Shown: in pieces, positions 8,792 to 21,464 of the stretch
Position numbering within the stretch: position 1 is the first letter of the stretch
Layout: each line of letters opens with the position of its first letter
The notes under the pieces: model-generated
What the model saw: the letters and a program-made list of their open reading frames with translations, nothing else
Databases searched by the model: none
Told to the model about the DNA's origin: nothing
DNA from: Setoptus koraiensis
Taxonomy: Eukaryota; Animalia; Arthropoda
Assembly: GCA_048013815.1 (NCBI GenBank)
Contig: CM106586.1
Span: 17,050,001 to 17,114,000, forward strand
DNA length: 64,000 nucleotides
Direction of reading: 5' to 3'
Made by a program: the position numbers and the translations under genes

Positions 8792-11700
8792 ATGGAGCAC
8801 AGCTACAAGTTGATAAACAACAATGGGCCCAACAGTCCGGAGTCCATCTATGATAAGGCGAGCTTCTTTTCGCGATACGCATTCTGTTACATGCTGCCGT
8901 TGTTTAGCGGAGCCTTCAAGAGGGACATCGGCATGGACGACATTGGTGCGCCGCCCCGCGAGGACAAATCCAAGCGGCTGGGCATGAGACTGCAGCAAGC
9001 GTGGCAGCAGGAACTTTTAACCAAGGACGATCCGAGTTTTACGCGGGCCCTAATTGCGGTGTTCGGCTGGAAATTGGCCCGCTTGGCCGTGTGGGATTTC
9101 ATCAGCAAATGCATCGCCTATCCGCTGCAAGCGGTCACATTGGGCTGGCTCATTCGGGCCATCGGCGAGTACCTGATGGAAACTAATGCCCCCGCAGCGG
9201 CCATAGTTATTGTGGCAAACCCGGTCAACGCTACGCTCAACGCTACGCTCAACGCGACGCCCGTCGCGGCCATCGCCGCGCCCGTCGCAACAATCAATTT
9301 AGGCGTGGGCGTCGAAGACAACTCGGCACAGGCCTTCGCCAAGCTGTTCAACAACGTACTGTTGTGCACAACACTGCTGATACTGGCCACCATGTTGGCC
9401 GTTGTCACGTCGCATCCGTTCTTTTTTGGCTGTTACCATTTGGGCATGAAGGTGCGCATAGCGTCCTGTTACGTCATCTACAAAAAGTCGCTGCGTCTCA
9501 GCCAGGCGGCCCTGTCCAAGACAACGGTGGGCCAAATGGTGAATCTGTTGTCCAACGACGTCAACCGCTTTGACCAGGCCATCACCATGATCCCGTACCT
9601 GGTTATGGCGCCCGCTCAGGCGCTGGTCATGCTGGGCCTGTTGGCCAGCTTCTATTTGGGCGTTTATCCCACACTGGCCGCGCTGGCCACCATTCTGTCC
9701 TACGTGGCCCTGCAAACGTTAATGGGGGGCTGTTTTGGCCGATTGCGCCTAAAAACGGCCCGTCGCACCGACGAACGGGTGCGCCTAATGAACGAGATAG
9801 TGTCCTCAATCCGGGTCATCAAGATGTACTGCTGGGAGAGATCGTTTGAGCGGCTTGTGACGGAGGCGCGCGAGCGCGAGGTCAGTTGCATCGCAAAAAC
9901 GGCCGCCCTTCGCACCGTCAACACGTCGCTGTTTTTCGTCTCGTCCAAGGTGATTGTGTTCGTGGCCCTCATCACCTACATATCGCTGGGCTACACGTTC
10001 ACGCCCGAGAACGTGTTCGTCTCAATAGCGCTCTCCAATCTGGTGCGCGTCAGCCTGACGCTGTTCTTTCCCAACGCGGTGGCGCAAACCGCCGAGACGC
10101 TCATCTCGTGCCAGCGCATAAAGGTGAGTGTATAATAACTGTAATGTGTAACTGCAACACGCAATGCCCAGAGTTTTTAACAATTGATCAACTTTTGACA
10201 ATTAATCAACTTTTAACAACTAATCAACTTTTAACAATTAATCAACTTTCGGCAATTTGCGCCGCGCAGGACTTTCTGCTGCTGCCCGAAATGGACCGGT
10301 CGCCGGCCGCGCGGCGCACCTCCAACGACTCGGTCGGCTGCAAGTACGTGATCGAGCTGACGCGCGTCACCGCCACCTGGGAGCCCAATCTGGCCAACAG
10401 CTCGTACACGGTCGAGTCTATGCAAAACGCCAACGACCCGAGCCCCGCCTACGCCAACAACCTGTGCCCGGCCGTTCTCAGGGGCCTCAGTATGGCCGTG
10501 AAGCGCCGCGACCTGGTGCTGATCGTGGGCCGCGTGGGCAGCGGCAAAAGCTCGGTACTCATGTCCATGCTGGGCGAGCTGCCCATATCGAGCGGCCGCC
10601 TCGAGATCAACGGGCGTCTGTCGTACGCCTCTCAAGAGCCGTGGATTTTCTCTGGCACGGTGCGCGAAAACGTGCTCTTCGGCAAGGAGTATCACGCCAT
10701 CCGCTACAAGGAGGTAATGCGAGTATGCAATCTAGAGCGCGACATGGAGCTGTTGCCCGAGGCCGACCGCTCCATTGTGGGCGAGCGCGGCGTGTCGCTC
10801 AGCGGCGGCCAAAAGGCCCGCGTCAATCTGGCGCGCGCCCTCTATTACGACGCGGACATTTATCTGCTGGACGATCCGCTGTCGGCCGTGGACGCGTCCG
10901 TGGCCAAGCACATATTCAACAATTGCCTCAAGACATTCCTCAAGAAGAAAACCGTTGTGCTGGCCACGCATCAGCTCCAATTTCTCAGCTACGCCACCAA
11001 GGTGCTCGTGGTCGACAACACGCTGCCCGCGGCCTTCGGCACCCTCCAGGAGGTGATGGCCTCGAAGGCGTTCGAAGAGGTCAACTACAGCCGCGAGGCG
11101 TTCGAGGACGCCACCACCACCACCGCAACGGAGGGCCCCAACGACGAAAGTGACACAGGCTCGCAGGCGGACGCCACGGGCCGGCTGCGCAGCGGCTCGC
11201 AATTGGGCCAACTGTTGAACTTGCAGCCCAAAGCGGACGCGACGCTCATAGACGCCGACCGCAGCGGACCCAGCAGCTCGGAGGCCTCGGCGTCTCCCGA
11301 GGGCTCGGGCTCTCGCTCGGGCTCCCGCTCGAGCCAGTCCAACGCGGGCCAACAAATAAGCGAGGCCGTGGGCAAGATTCAAGAGAAAGACGACCGGAAG
11401 CCGGCAAGTGGGCGCCTCTTTCAGACGCAGCTCTCGTCAAATCTGAAGCTGTCGTTGTCGCCGCAAAAGAAAAAGAAAAAATCCCAAAATCTCGTTCTGG
11501 ATCCGGCGCTCACAACGAGCGACATCGTGTCTAGAAAGCCGCACCCAAAGAAGCAAGCGGGCGCCTCGAGCTCGCAGAGGCGCGGCGGCGAAAAGCTGAG
11601 CAAAATCTCTGCCGACATGTCCACATACTTGTACTATCTGTCCAACGCTGCCGGATGTTTGCTTTTCACCTGGTTCGTGCTGGCCAACTTTGTTAGTCAG

Positions 11701-13509
11701 TCGCTGTTTCATTCCACTGATTTCTGGCTGAGCTTTTGGACGGACTCGGAGCAGCGCAAGGCCATGGCCGAGCCGGCCGACAGTTTCGTGCCCGTAACAC
11801 TGATCGACCGCATGACGTTGAGCCAGATAACCGTCGTGTACGCGGGCCTAGTCTTGTCGGTGTTTGTGGCGTCGTTTCTGCGAACCGGAACACACTATTA
11901 CGGCTGCCTGCGGGCCTCCATCAACATGCACAACAAACTGTTCTCGAGCATCCTTCGGGCGCCCATGATATTCTTTGATTTTAGCCCGATAGGAATACTG
12001 CTGAATCGCATATCGCGCGACACTGGCTTCGTGGACGATCAACTGCCCACGACCGCGATGGAAATCGTCACCATATTTGTCAATGTGTTTGGCATCATCA
12101 TTGTCACGCTCATCATAAACTATTGGAACATCATACCGGCCATCATACTACTGGCGATAGCCTTCTCGTTGCGTCACTACAGCGCCCGAACCGTGCGCCG
12201 GCTAAAACAAATCGAGGGTGTCGCCAGAAGTCCCATATTTTCGCATCTGGCCAACACCCTGTCGGGCATCAGCACCATTAGAGCGTTCACAGTGCAAGAG
12301 GACTTCTTGAAACAATTTGACGACTATCAGGACACCCACTCGAGCGCCTGGTTTTTGTACATAGCCTCGGGTCGCTGGTTGACGGTGGCCATGGACTGGC
12401 TGTGTCTGTTTTTCATAACGTCGCTTGTGAGCATGGTGCTACTGACCCAATTGACCTCAACCAACGCCAGCCTCATGGGTCTGCTCGTGACGCAGGCCAT
12501 CATGCTGCCGGGGCCCTTCCAGTGGGGCATGCGACAACTGACCGAGCTGGAGAGCCAGATGACCTCGGTGCAGCGCATCAAAGAGTACAGCCAGTTGGAG
12601 TCGGAACAGAAGCCGGACTCGGGCCACTCGTCCGCAAACAAAAACTCGCCAACAACTGTTGCTGTGAGCTCCGGGCCAAAGTTTACGCCCGCTGAGGGCG
12701 AGATCATGTTCTGTGGTGTGTCGTTGAGATATTTCAAAGAAGAGGAGCCCGTCCTGAAGAATCTCAATTTTCACATTCGGCCCAGCGAGAAGGTGGGCAT
12801 AGTGGGCAGAACGGGAGCGGGCAAATCGAGCATAATGGCGCTACTGTTTCGTTTGTACGACTTCGATGGCGCCATACTCATCGATTCCGTCGACACTAAA
12901 TCAATGCCACTGACAGAGCTGCGACCCTGCATTAGTATCATACCCCAGGATCCGGTCCTATTCAGCGGATCCATCAGAAAGAATCTGGATCCGTTCAACG
13001 AGTTCACCGATCTCGATCTGTGGCGCGCGCTTAAGGCCGTCAGATTGGATCTGGTGTTCAGACAGTACAATCAACAGTTGGACTATGTCATCAATGAGGG
13101 CGGCAGCAATTTCAGTATCGGCCAGAGGCAATTGATTTGTTTGGCGCGAGCCATAGTGAGAAGAAACAAGATTTTAGTTTTGGACGAGGCCACTGCCAAT
13201 GTTGATCCAGAAACGGACACGTTCATACAGAAAACTATCAGAGATCAGTTTAACGATTGCACCGTTCTCACCATAGCCCATAGGCTCATAACTGTGATGG
13301 ATTCCGACAGAGTGCTAGTGCTGGACGCTGGCCAGGTAAGAGAGTTCGACGAACCATATAAATTGTTGCAAAACGAAAATGGTCTGCTCACTAGAATGAC
13401 CAAAAATAGCGGCCATCAGGCGGACAGATTGTACAGGATAGCCAAGACGGCGCATTTGGACAGATTGAAGCAACAGGGCCTGCCTGAGGTGATCGACCAG
13501 CAGCCATAG
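8792..13509 (+). CDS. ABCC4-like: ABC transporter subfamily C (MRP4-like, no TMD0), 2 exons: 8792-10123, 10270-13509 (about 1523 aa)
   Basis: TMD1 motifs (MVNLLSNDVNRFD, RVRLMNEIVSSIRVIKMYCWE); NBD1 GRVGSGKS/LSGGQ/YLLDD; NBD2 GRTGAGKS/FSIGQ/LVLDE. Phase-0 intron AAG|gtgagt...gcgcag|GAC (10124-10269) joins the two track ORFs in frame. Confidence 0.95.
10175..10257 (+). repeat. 18-bp minisatellite (about 4.6 copies) within the ABCC intron
   Basis: tttt(a/g)acaa(t/c)t(a/g)atcaac units start at 10175, 10193, 10211, 10229, with a partial unit at 10247. Confidence 0.92.
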
Positions 13510-14756
13510 GGATCATTCTCATCATTCCTCATCGTCGCAAACTCACTGCTACATTACTCAATAAGCTCAGGCTCAGGTTGCGAGCAAATCTTTTCTCTCG
13601 TCAACAATTCTCGATTCTATTTTTGTCAAAAAACAATATTTAAATGATTAAACTAACAAGAACGTAACTAGCGCGCTCTGTTTGCTCTAGAAACTTTGCC
13701 TTCAAATTCAATGCTCACACTGCGTCAGCATGCCATCACGACTGAAGCTCATCCCTGATGAAACGACTCTCTCTCTCTCTCTCTGCTAAATTGCAATTTC
13801 CCGGCAAATTGGATAAATTCATACTCTCTCGCACCTTACTAGGGTTCCATCGTTATTCTGCCGGAAAATCAAGTCCCATCAATGGTGGCTGCTATGCTCA
13901 CTCTGACCGGACTACAATGTCCGAACCGATGCAAATTTTAACGCTGAACTTTTAGACCAGTTAAAGTTTGGCTGCTGAACATTGCAACACTTTTCATCTT
14001 TTCCCCAATACGTGCACGTACTTGTCACACTTGTTGAATGTGGAGCAGATCGAGTTCTTGGCCAGCTTTTGATCAGATATTATCAAACCATCGCTTGCAA
14101 ATCAACCAACCATTGACTCGAGGTACTTGAGAATTGTCGACAACTGTTGTTGCCAAGTGGACATGGATTGATTTTCGACTAAAATGACCTATATAGGAAT
14201 AGCAATGTGGCGGACAAGTGCCTCGCCATGAATATCGACTGACACGAGGTTGGCTGGTTGATATTCACGGCGTGTAGAGCTATTCATGAATACAGTGGTT
14301 GGCGCGGGTTTATTGTTCATGATCTTTTGTGTTAGTCGTGAACATTCACTTGTGAACTATGACACGCTGATTCACACGCGGCAATTGACCTCGAACGCGT
14401 TTTGAACTTGGCGCTGCCGCGGAGCTCGCTTCCGGCGAACTTGAGGCGCCTCTGTTGCGCGAACAATATTGTGACCAATTGTGGCTTATTGCGGCAAGCG
14501 CCAACGCACTGCAACAACTTGTGCGATTCCGCACATGACCGGCCTAATTGCGCCTAATCTACTGCGGTGCACGCGTTGCCTTGATTAGCGCGCAACAAGT
14601 ACCTCGAGACAGCAATGCTCCGGCTAACTGCTCCACATGCTCCACATGCCCCACATTCGCGCTTAATCTGCTTAGTGTCATTTAGATATCAGTAATTATT
14701 ACATTTATTATCATCGCTTTCTCTATTATTATTATTATTTGTCACCGATTTTCACT

Positions 14757-16788
14757 ATGGACTGCCAAGGGTAAGTGACCGAGACGAGTGGCGACACGGC
14801 CACGTATAATACAACAATAATTCGCCATTAAATTAATGACATCTTTGTTTTTTCTCGCCCTCGCCAGGCACGACAACGAGCCAAGCAACGAAATATCTCA
14901 GCTCAATGTTCTTCTGTTAGACAGACGCTACAACCACGCTGTTGACGCACTACCGTCGCCCACTGGCTCTTTTAAAGTAGCACAGATTCCCGCGGTGTGC
15001 TTAGACAACCTCAAACAATTGCTCAGCCATTACAAAAACGGAATTCCGTTGCTCAAATTGGAACCCGAATACTCAAATCTATTCAAGTCAAAGTTGGAGA
15101 TTCAAGAATGGGGCTACAAAAATCTGTCGCAAATGCTAGACCTCAATAGAGACATATTCACAGTGAAGAAGATCGACAACGAAACATTGAAAAAATATCC
15201 AGAATACCTCGACGACGCTCTTGTTTTTCACAACGAGGACAACAGCGCTCGCTTTCAAGAAGTCGACTACCAGCTCAAAATTAAACTAGCGCGTCTCGTA
15301 CTCAAATTCAGTGCACAGAAGAAAATATTTCCGGTCAACAGATGGATTGAATTCTACAAACAAGAATATGATGAGCCCAATTTTACATTTGACCTAATGG
15401 ATCATGTAACACTATTCAAAATCATCACCAAAGAATTTCCCATCGAGCTATACATATCGGAGGAGCAGCCGCTCACCAACACTGACAACATCAGTAAAGA
15501 TTGTGAATCGAACGAACAACAATCCAATAACGTGCTTGCCATTGATACTGTTGAAGGACAACAACAGGTCGTAAAGGTGCCGGATATCGGTAACGAAAGA
15601 CAGGAACAAGCCAAGAGCTTTGCGGACGAAAGTGCTGCGGTATCAGTTTCAAGAATCGATAGCACAGACGGTGTGAAGGAACAGACAAGTGCAAGCGTCC
15701 AGGCCAACGACAGTACCATGGATGTAGATGTTGGTTTTATGGAGTCGACAGCGTCCGTATGCAGTGGTGATCTCACTCACACCATCACCATGTCAGATAA
15801 ATCATCCGAACGTGGTGTAAACTTGGATCATCCGTGGATTAATCTAAGTGATCCCATACAGCCTCTTGTTATTCAAGATTCTCGTCGTAATGAGGGTGTC
15901 ACAACCCAAACTCATGAAAAAGGTCTGGGGCCTATTATAGGCGCCAACCCGATTGTTTGCGCAAGGGCTCGGCCTCACAAACAAATACTAAACTGGCGAG
16001 CAAAAATGGTAAAGGATGGCAAGCACCAACTTGTTCTAGACTTGTGCTCTCAGGCTGATAAACTTCCCCCGGATGTTTGCAAGCCTGGAGATAAGTTTGT
16101 ACCTTTCAGCTTGAACCTATCCGACAGTTCATTTTCGAAAGCCAACATTCACGAAGTCACCATAGTTGCTGCAACGAATCCGAGTCACATATTTGTTAAT
16201 ATGACGCAAAGTAACGAACAAATGATGATGTTGAATAAGGAAATTTCCGGATATTTTCTCAATGCAGATCTGAGCTCATATATCGCTCCACAAGACCTCT
16301 TATACGAGGGTTTTCCTTGTCTAGTTCAAGCTATCGATGAGAAAACAAACGAAAAAGTTTGGGAGAGGTCTAAAATACATAGTTGCGACTCTAAAAGAGC
16401 GACAGTCGAATCCGTCGACTACGGTGGATTCAAAACTGTAAATCTCAGTGAAATATACCTGATACCAAAGCCATTTATATTATTACCGACTCAAGCCATT
16501 CATGTTTCTCTGATAGGCCTAAAACCAAGAGCAAGCACAGGGCGTTGGTCATCGGATGTTGGACGTAGAATCACAGATTTCAGTTGGGCCGATTATGGGT
16601 TAGATTGCTTATTTTTGAGTGAAAAAAGGAAGAATAGTCCACACGTTTCCTATGATGTTATACTGTGTGACAGACATGACGCAGACATGAGCATATTTTT
16701 GGACAAGGTGTTGTTACTCGAAGGCTTAGCCGATCTTGATACCAGCCAATCTCAAGAAATCGAAAAATGGAGAAACGCTTTGCTCTAG
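14757..16788 (+). CDS. LOTUS (OST-HTH) + Tudor domain protein, TDRD5/Tejas-like; predicted exons 14757-14770, 14868-16788
   Basis: N-terminal LKQLLSHYKNGIPLLKLEPEYSNLFKSKLEIQEWGYKNLSQML fits the LOTUS pattern, with a possible second degenerate copy. C-terminal extended Tudor (TNPSHIFV...WERSKI...VDYG...LPTQAIHVSLIGLKP). Micro-exon ATGGACTGCCAAGG|gtaagt...ctcgccag|G joins in frame. Confidence 0.75.
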
Positions 16789-16906
16789 ACTTATTACATC
16801 TAGTTACATACCATTGAGTTATACCACTGAGTTACCGATATCAGTGTCTAAATGACTTTACTAAAGTACACTATAACCTACTTTGAACATACTATTGTTT
16901 ATTCTT

Positions 16907-17449
16907 TTATTTTGCAGATACTTGTAGAGGGGTACTTTTCTGTTCAAAGAATTTGCTCGGATCAGGCGGTTGTAACTTCTCCGAGACAGCAAATGAAACT
17001 AAATCTCTTTTCATTGCGTAGGCGTCCTCACCGTCGGCATAGTACTTGGGTTCGATTTCGTTTATTTTAAATCCTAGGGTATTGGCGTACAAATTGAAAG
17101 CAGCTCTATTTGACTTCCTCACGTGAAGACTGACATATTTTGCGTTGAAACATTCTACCATAGCCCGAGCTGATTGGTCCATCAACTTTTGCGCCAGCCC
17201 CAGCCGCCTGTGTGATCTTTTGACAGCCAAACTGGTAATATGACCAGAGGGCTCTTCATCTGAATCCTCTCCCAGTTTCGCCAGAACGTATCCTACAATT
17301 TTTCCATTTTCCTCAGCGACATAGCTCAATTGTGGCCAACTTAGGCCATGATAAAAGTAATATTTCATTTGATAATTTTCCGGCAGACATTTAAGATTGC
17401 AATCTTGCATGTCGATAAGGTCCTCAGGGGCAGCACACCTGATGTTCAT
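16907..17449 (-). CDS. NAA10: N-alpha-acetyltransferase 10 (NatA catalytic subunit, Ard1), intronless
   Basis: MNIR...[30 protein letters not shown]...[24 protein letters not shown]...[20 protein letters not shown]. Confidence 0.97.
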   Translation of the reverse strand: MNIRCAAPEDLIDMQDCNLKCLPENYQMKYYFYHGLSWPQLSYVAEENGKIVGYVLAKLGEDSDEEPSGHITSLAVKRSHRRLGLAQKLMDQSARAMVECFNAKYVSLHVRKSNRAAFNLYANTLGFKINEIEPKYYADGEDAYAMKRDLVSFAVSEKLQPPDPSKFFEQKSTPLQVSAK

Positions 17450-17762
17450 TTTGGATTGTTTTCTATACCGTTGGATGTCACCAGTGATATTTCCAGTTGG
17501 TAAATGAATATATGTTCAGGTAATATGGTTAGAACGTTTGACACTATCGTGGTTGTAGAGGGTGTAAGTTTTCTGGTAGACCCGAGAGAAAAAAAAATGA
17601 TTCGACTCTTGACGATAAGATATCAAAACAATCGCACGAGTTTTTTAATGCGCGAAATTTGAACGGACTCAGTTCTTTTTCCACAAATCTCGAATATCAG
17701 CGCTGATATTTTCTAAGAGAATTATATTACTAACAATCATTCACTAACGATTTTTTTTTGTA

Positions 17763-18497
17763 TTAATTCATCTGTTTATTGACTGAAATACCTAACAACT
17801 TCTCCTGTTCCTCTATCCATTTGAAGGTTTCTTGTTTTTCACGCTCAAACTTTTCTTGCTCCTCTTTGATCGATTCTATGTATTCCTCTACTTTTTGTTC
17901 CTTTAAATTTTGACAATATTCCTCTACTAATCTCCGCAATTCCCTCTTTCTTTCAATTCTGTAAAAAGGTGTACCAATTTTAGGGCTTTCGTAATCTATT
18001 TCCAGTGCCTTACATAAGGCATCACATCTTTCTGTATGTTGCTCTCTCAGTAGCTTGATGAGCTTATTTCTTTTGTTTGCGGTGCTATTACACTTGGTTC
18101 GTATATATTTGAGTCTGTCGTGGCACTTGGATTGCCTTAATATGTCTTGAAAGTATCTTGTCTTCCAAGTTAGGAACACTATTTTACCTTCCATCGAATT
18201 ATTGATGTCGGTCGAATGGAACAGACCCAACTCTTTTAAGCCCTCCTCTATCCTACTCGTAATTATATCTCGTCTTGATGCAAAATCGTCAGTGTAGATT
18301 CTCCTTATCCAGTCATCTTGTGGCAATTGGTTCAATTTTTGTGATAGTTTGTATGCGGGCCGCAAATTATTGGGCTCAACGCGGCCAAGTCCCATCGCAT
18401 CGCCCGTCTTGAAGTATCCTGGAATTTTCTCCGGTCTATTCCAATGAAAAGGCAGCCAGTCGTTGGGCCAGCTTTTGAGGGTGACTATTCGTCTCAT
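17763..18497 (-). CDS. MRPS15: Mitochondrial ribosomal protein S15 (bonsai-like)
   Basis: WNRPEKIPGYFKTGD N-terminal motif, S15-like core (NSMEGKIVFLT...HDR...NKRNKLIKLLR), charged coiled-coil tail. An upstream exon for a transit peptide is possible. Confidence 0.8.
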   Translation of the reverse strand: MRRIVTLKSWPNDWLPFHWNRPEKIPGYFKTGDAMGLGRVEPNNLRPAYKLSQKLNQLPQDDWIRRIYTDDFASRRDIITSRIEEGLKELGLFHSTDINNSMEGKIVFLTWKTRYFQDILRQSKCHDRLKYIRTKCNSTANKRNKLIKLLREQHTERCDALCKALEIDYESPKIGTPFYRIERKRELRRLVEEYCQNLKEQKVEEYIESIKEEQEKFEREKQETFKWIEEQEKLLGISVNKQMN

Positions 18498-19081
18498 AAC
18501 TGATGAATTTTTCTATTTGCTGGACTACTTTGTCGGATTTATTGATAAGATGACAAGAATGTCCTGATTTGTCCAAGATGCACCAACAAAATAGAAAACG
18601 GTCAACCATTTGGCCCCGAGTTTTTCGTTCATGAGCGCGCGAAATTCAGATAGCGATTTTTTTTTGTGATCAGGACAGTGGGGACTCCACCAGTGACCTC
18701 CCCAATTGCGAGATGGGACCTCTCGGAGGAGAAACCGTTTAGGTGTGAGAAAGAGATGTATCGATGGGTGCAATGATGCATACACAGTTTAGATAGCAGT
18801 TAAATCACACAAGATTAAAAGAAATGTGAATCGTTGGTCTCCAACAGTAATCGGAGAGGGTGAAGCTCCCCGTAGGGAGGACGCCTCCCCACCTTCTTTG
18901 ATCACTAATTTTTTGTTGATTATTTTCCTTCTCGAACGATTTATCATCGGACACCTTGCGAGAAATATGTGTTGAAGTAGATGAACTATGAGTCAATTTT
19001 CATCGAGCGTCTTGCCCTTCGCTAGGTTAGTGTACATTTGAACATATTTACATGGACTCATTATGTCCCAAGGCCGGCCCA

Positions 19082-19820
19082 TCAACCGCGGCTTGCCTCT
19101 CTACTTGTCCTATCCGATCTATAGACCGGCGTAGAGGTCGAATTGTCCGGACTTTTCTGGTATTGAATGGCTGGGCGGTTGGCGGGCATGTTGCTGGAAT
19201 TGTGCAAATGAGAGAAAGGGATACATAGATATTGAGGTCGATAATCAATTATACCAGGTACTGTGTTCATAGAATGTGTCTAAGTAAGTTACTCACTCGT
19301 TGAAGTTCTTGAAATAAACCAATAGAGCATCATTGTATAACCTGTCCAGATCCGCATTGTTGTATTGACTTGCGTCAATAGTGCCATTGATTGAAGTCAC
19401 CTGGCGAGGCCGCTGATCAATGACATGGTCATGAATCTCTAGTATCTCGTTGATTGGTGCACTAAAATTGTTGTTATTTGTGTCATTTGAGGATACAATC
19501 GGATAGTAAACGGTGTAATTGTATCTAGGCAACAAACTGTTGTCGCTACCACTCGGCTGATTGTTTGTTGCGTTAGCTGGTGGGGATATTGTTTGGGTTG
19601 TGGTTGAGGGCGAAACCTTCAGTTTTTTACTCCTACTCACTGGCGTCTGCTGGTTGTTGTTTGCGACAATTGTCGAGTTGTAGCTTGCCTCTGTTCTTCT
19701 GAGTCTATTTGCACGATTCATGACGACGCTCTGTTGCCTCAGGGGCACAGCCATTGCGCCAACGGTGTATACGATGGTCAGTAGCACTGTCAGGTATAGA
19801 GCGAGTTTGGATTGTGTCAT
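19082..19820 (-). CDS. Orphan secreted protein, predicted exons 19820-19297 and 19193-19082
   Basis: Signal peptide MTQSKLALYLTVLLTIVYTVGAMA, RLRR site, N/T/S-rich body with several N-X-S/T sequons, and the motif ADLDRLYNDALLVYFKNFN. The apparent stop sits in GA|gtgagt, and the acceptor cccttttctctcatttgcacaattccag continues in frame to DNMPANRP...EASRG*. Confidence 0.6.
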
Positions 19821-21443
19821 CTTCGATTGGATACTTCGTAATTTGATATGATGAGATGAGGATCGCTGAAAAGTTGTTGCCGATCTGATTTGCCTGATCT
19901 TAACTGGCCTGAGTGCGTCCAATGGGGCATCGAGTCGAGTTGGATCATCCAATCTGGACGGACTTGCGAGACGTTCTTTCGCGCTCGCAAAAGATTCTAT
20001 TTTTGTTTCTGCTCGTTTCGTTGTCTCGTTGCAACAACCAGTTTTAATCGACAACTAACACTAATCACAGACAATATCATACAAGTGATTTTTTCTCGGA
20101 TTAGTTAGATTAGTTCCTAGTTGTGCCCTAGATAGAGACTTGTCTTTTGCACTGCTACCAATGAGCTAAACAGTGGCTTATTCATTGGTGGCGTTCTTTT
20201 GCTTGTCTCGTTCTAGATCGAATCGTGCCAAATCAACCTTGTGAGACTGTTTGCAACGACGAGAAAATAAATACCACCGCTGAGTCAGCTAGATAAAGTC
20301 TCTAAATAAAGGCCTGTCTGTCAGCCGTTGGCTGCAATAATAACTAATAATAGTGGTAGCGATTGAGACACAAGAGTAGCGGTATAAACGACAACATTGT
20401 AATGGAAGAAAACAGACAATAATTGATCTGCTGGCATAAGAGAGTTTTCAAAGACGAGTGATTATATTTGTTATTCTTGTATAATAGGCATTCTTGTTGC
20501 CTACTACCTTTCCTCTGGAACGCATGCACAATTCAGTGGTAGAATACCCTTGTTATGGCTTGCATTTACAAGCGTCTGTATACATTTATAAACTCAACCA
20601 CTAACTGGCAAGATAAAATAGCTGTCACACTTGCAACACTGAAAGAATCCTCTAAAAGTATAAAAGTTGCAATTCGGGAGGCTTGCACACACCTCATGTT
20701 GCATTAACAATGAAAACGTACACACGGTGAGCCGTATGTTGCCGCTAAAAACAAGTTGATCCACTGATTTTAACAGCCACAGCCACAGTCTGAACAACAA
20801 CTATTGGCATTTTGGAATTAGCCAATTAGATTTAATCAAATGTGTGTAGAGCGCCTGATCGCCAAGGTCTATTATTGTTTATCATTCATAACTGACTATG
20901 AAACTATGAAATAAATTACAATGTAGGCGAGTGGCCAGGTGATATTTTTATCAGGATACCGAAAATTTCTATCTAGCTGGCAGCGAAATATCTCTCAAGT
21001 GAGCGCTTTTAGAAAGGTAAGCATGTAGCTCGCAACAATTGTGTTGCGTAACCACAAAGTCGCTCAAATATGATGGATCTCTCTAATTAGATGGGCGACC
21101 TTTGATGTTCGGCCTGGCGGGCACAAATGAGGCCAATGCAGTTGTGCCAGTGAGCATTTGTTAGCACCGTGTTGTGGCTCGTTTGGGGCCGCTATCGTGC
21201 CTCCGAACACACAAGAAAGTTGACACATAAAACTGGCGTTTTGGCCAGCTCGCCAACACTGCCCAATATAATATCTGAAGCGCATTTGAGCACGTTACGC
21301 ACGAGCTGCTAGCTGGCTAGCCATTGTGTATATGTGCCATATTTGGTGGTCGCATTAGTGGTTTGCTTTTGCCACTAAGCAAAAGTTTAACCCACTAACG
21401 TTCTGTCTCACTTGATAATTAGCAATTGTGTTAGTGTGTTTGC

Positions 21444-21464
21444 GGGGGGGAGGGGGGCAGGGGG
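21444..21464 (+). promoter_or_regulatory. Potential G-quadruplex upstream of nompC
   Basis: G7-A-G6-CA-G5 tract about 730 bp before the nompC ATG; a CT/GA repeat follows near 21722-21760. Confidence 0.4.

Noticed and set aside
10175-10257. CRISPR-like reading of short repeats (also 7921-7976 and 46881-46950)
   Set aside because: Head-to-tail tandem repeats without unique spacers, a eukaryotic context and no cas genes.
9886-10269. N-terminus of the 1207-aa track ORF, including the LTINQL repeats
   Set aside because: It is a frame-shifted read of exon 1 plus the intron. Canonical splice sites join 10123 to 10270 and restore a normal ABCC.
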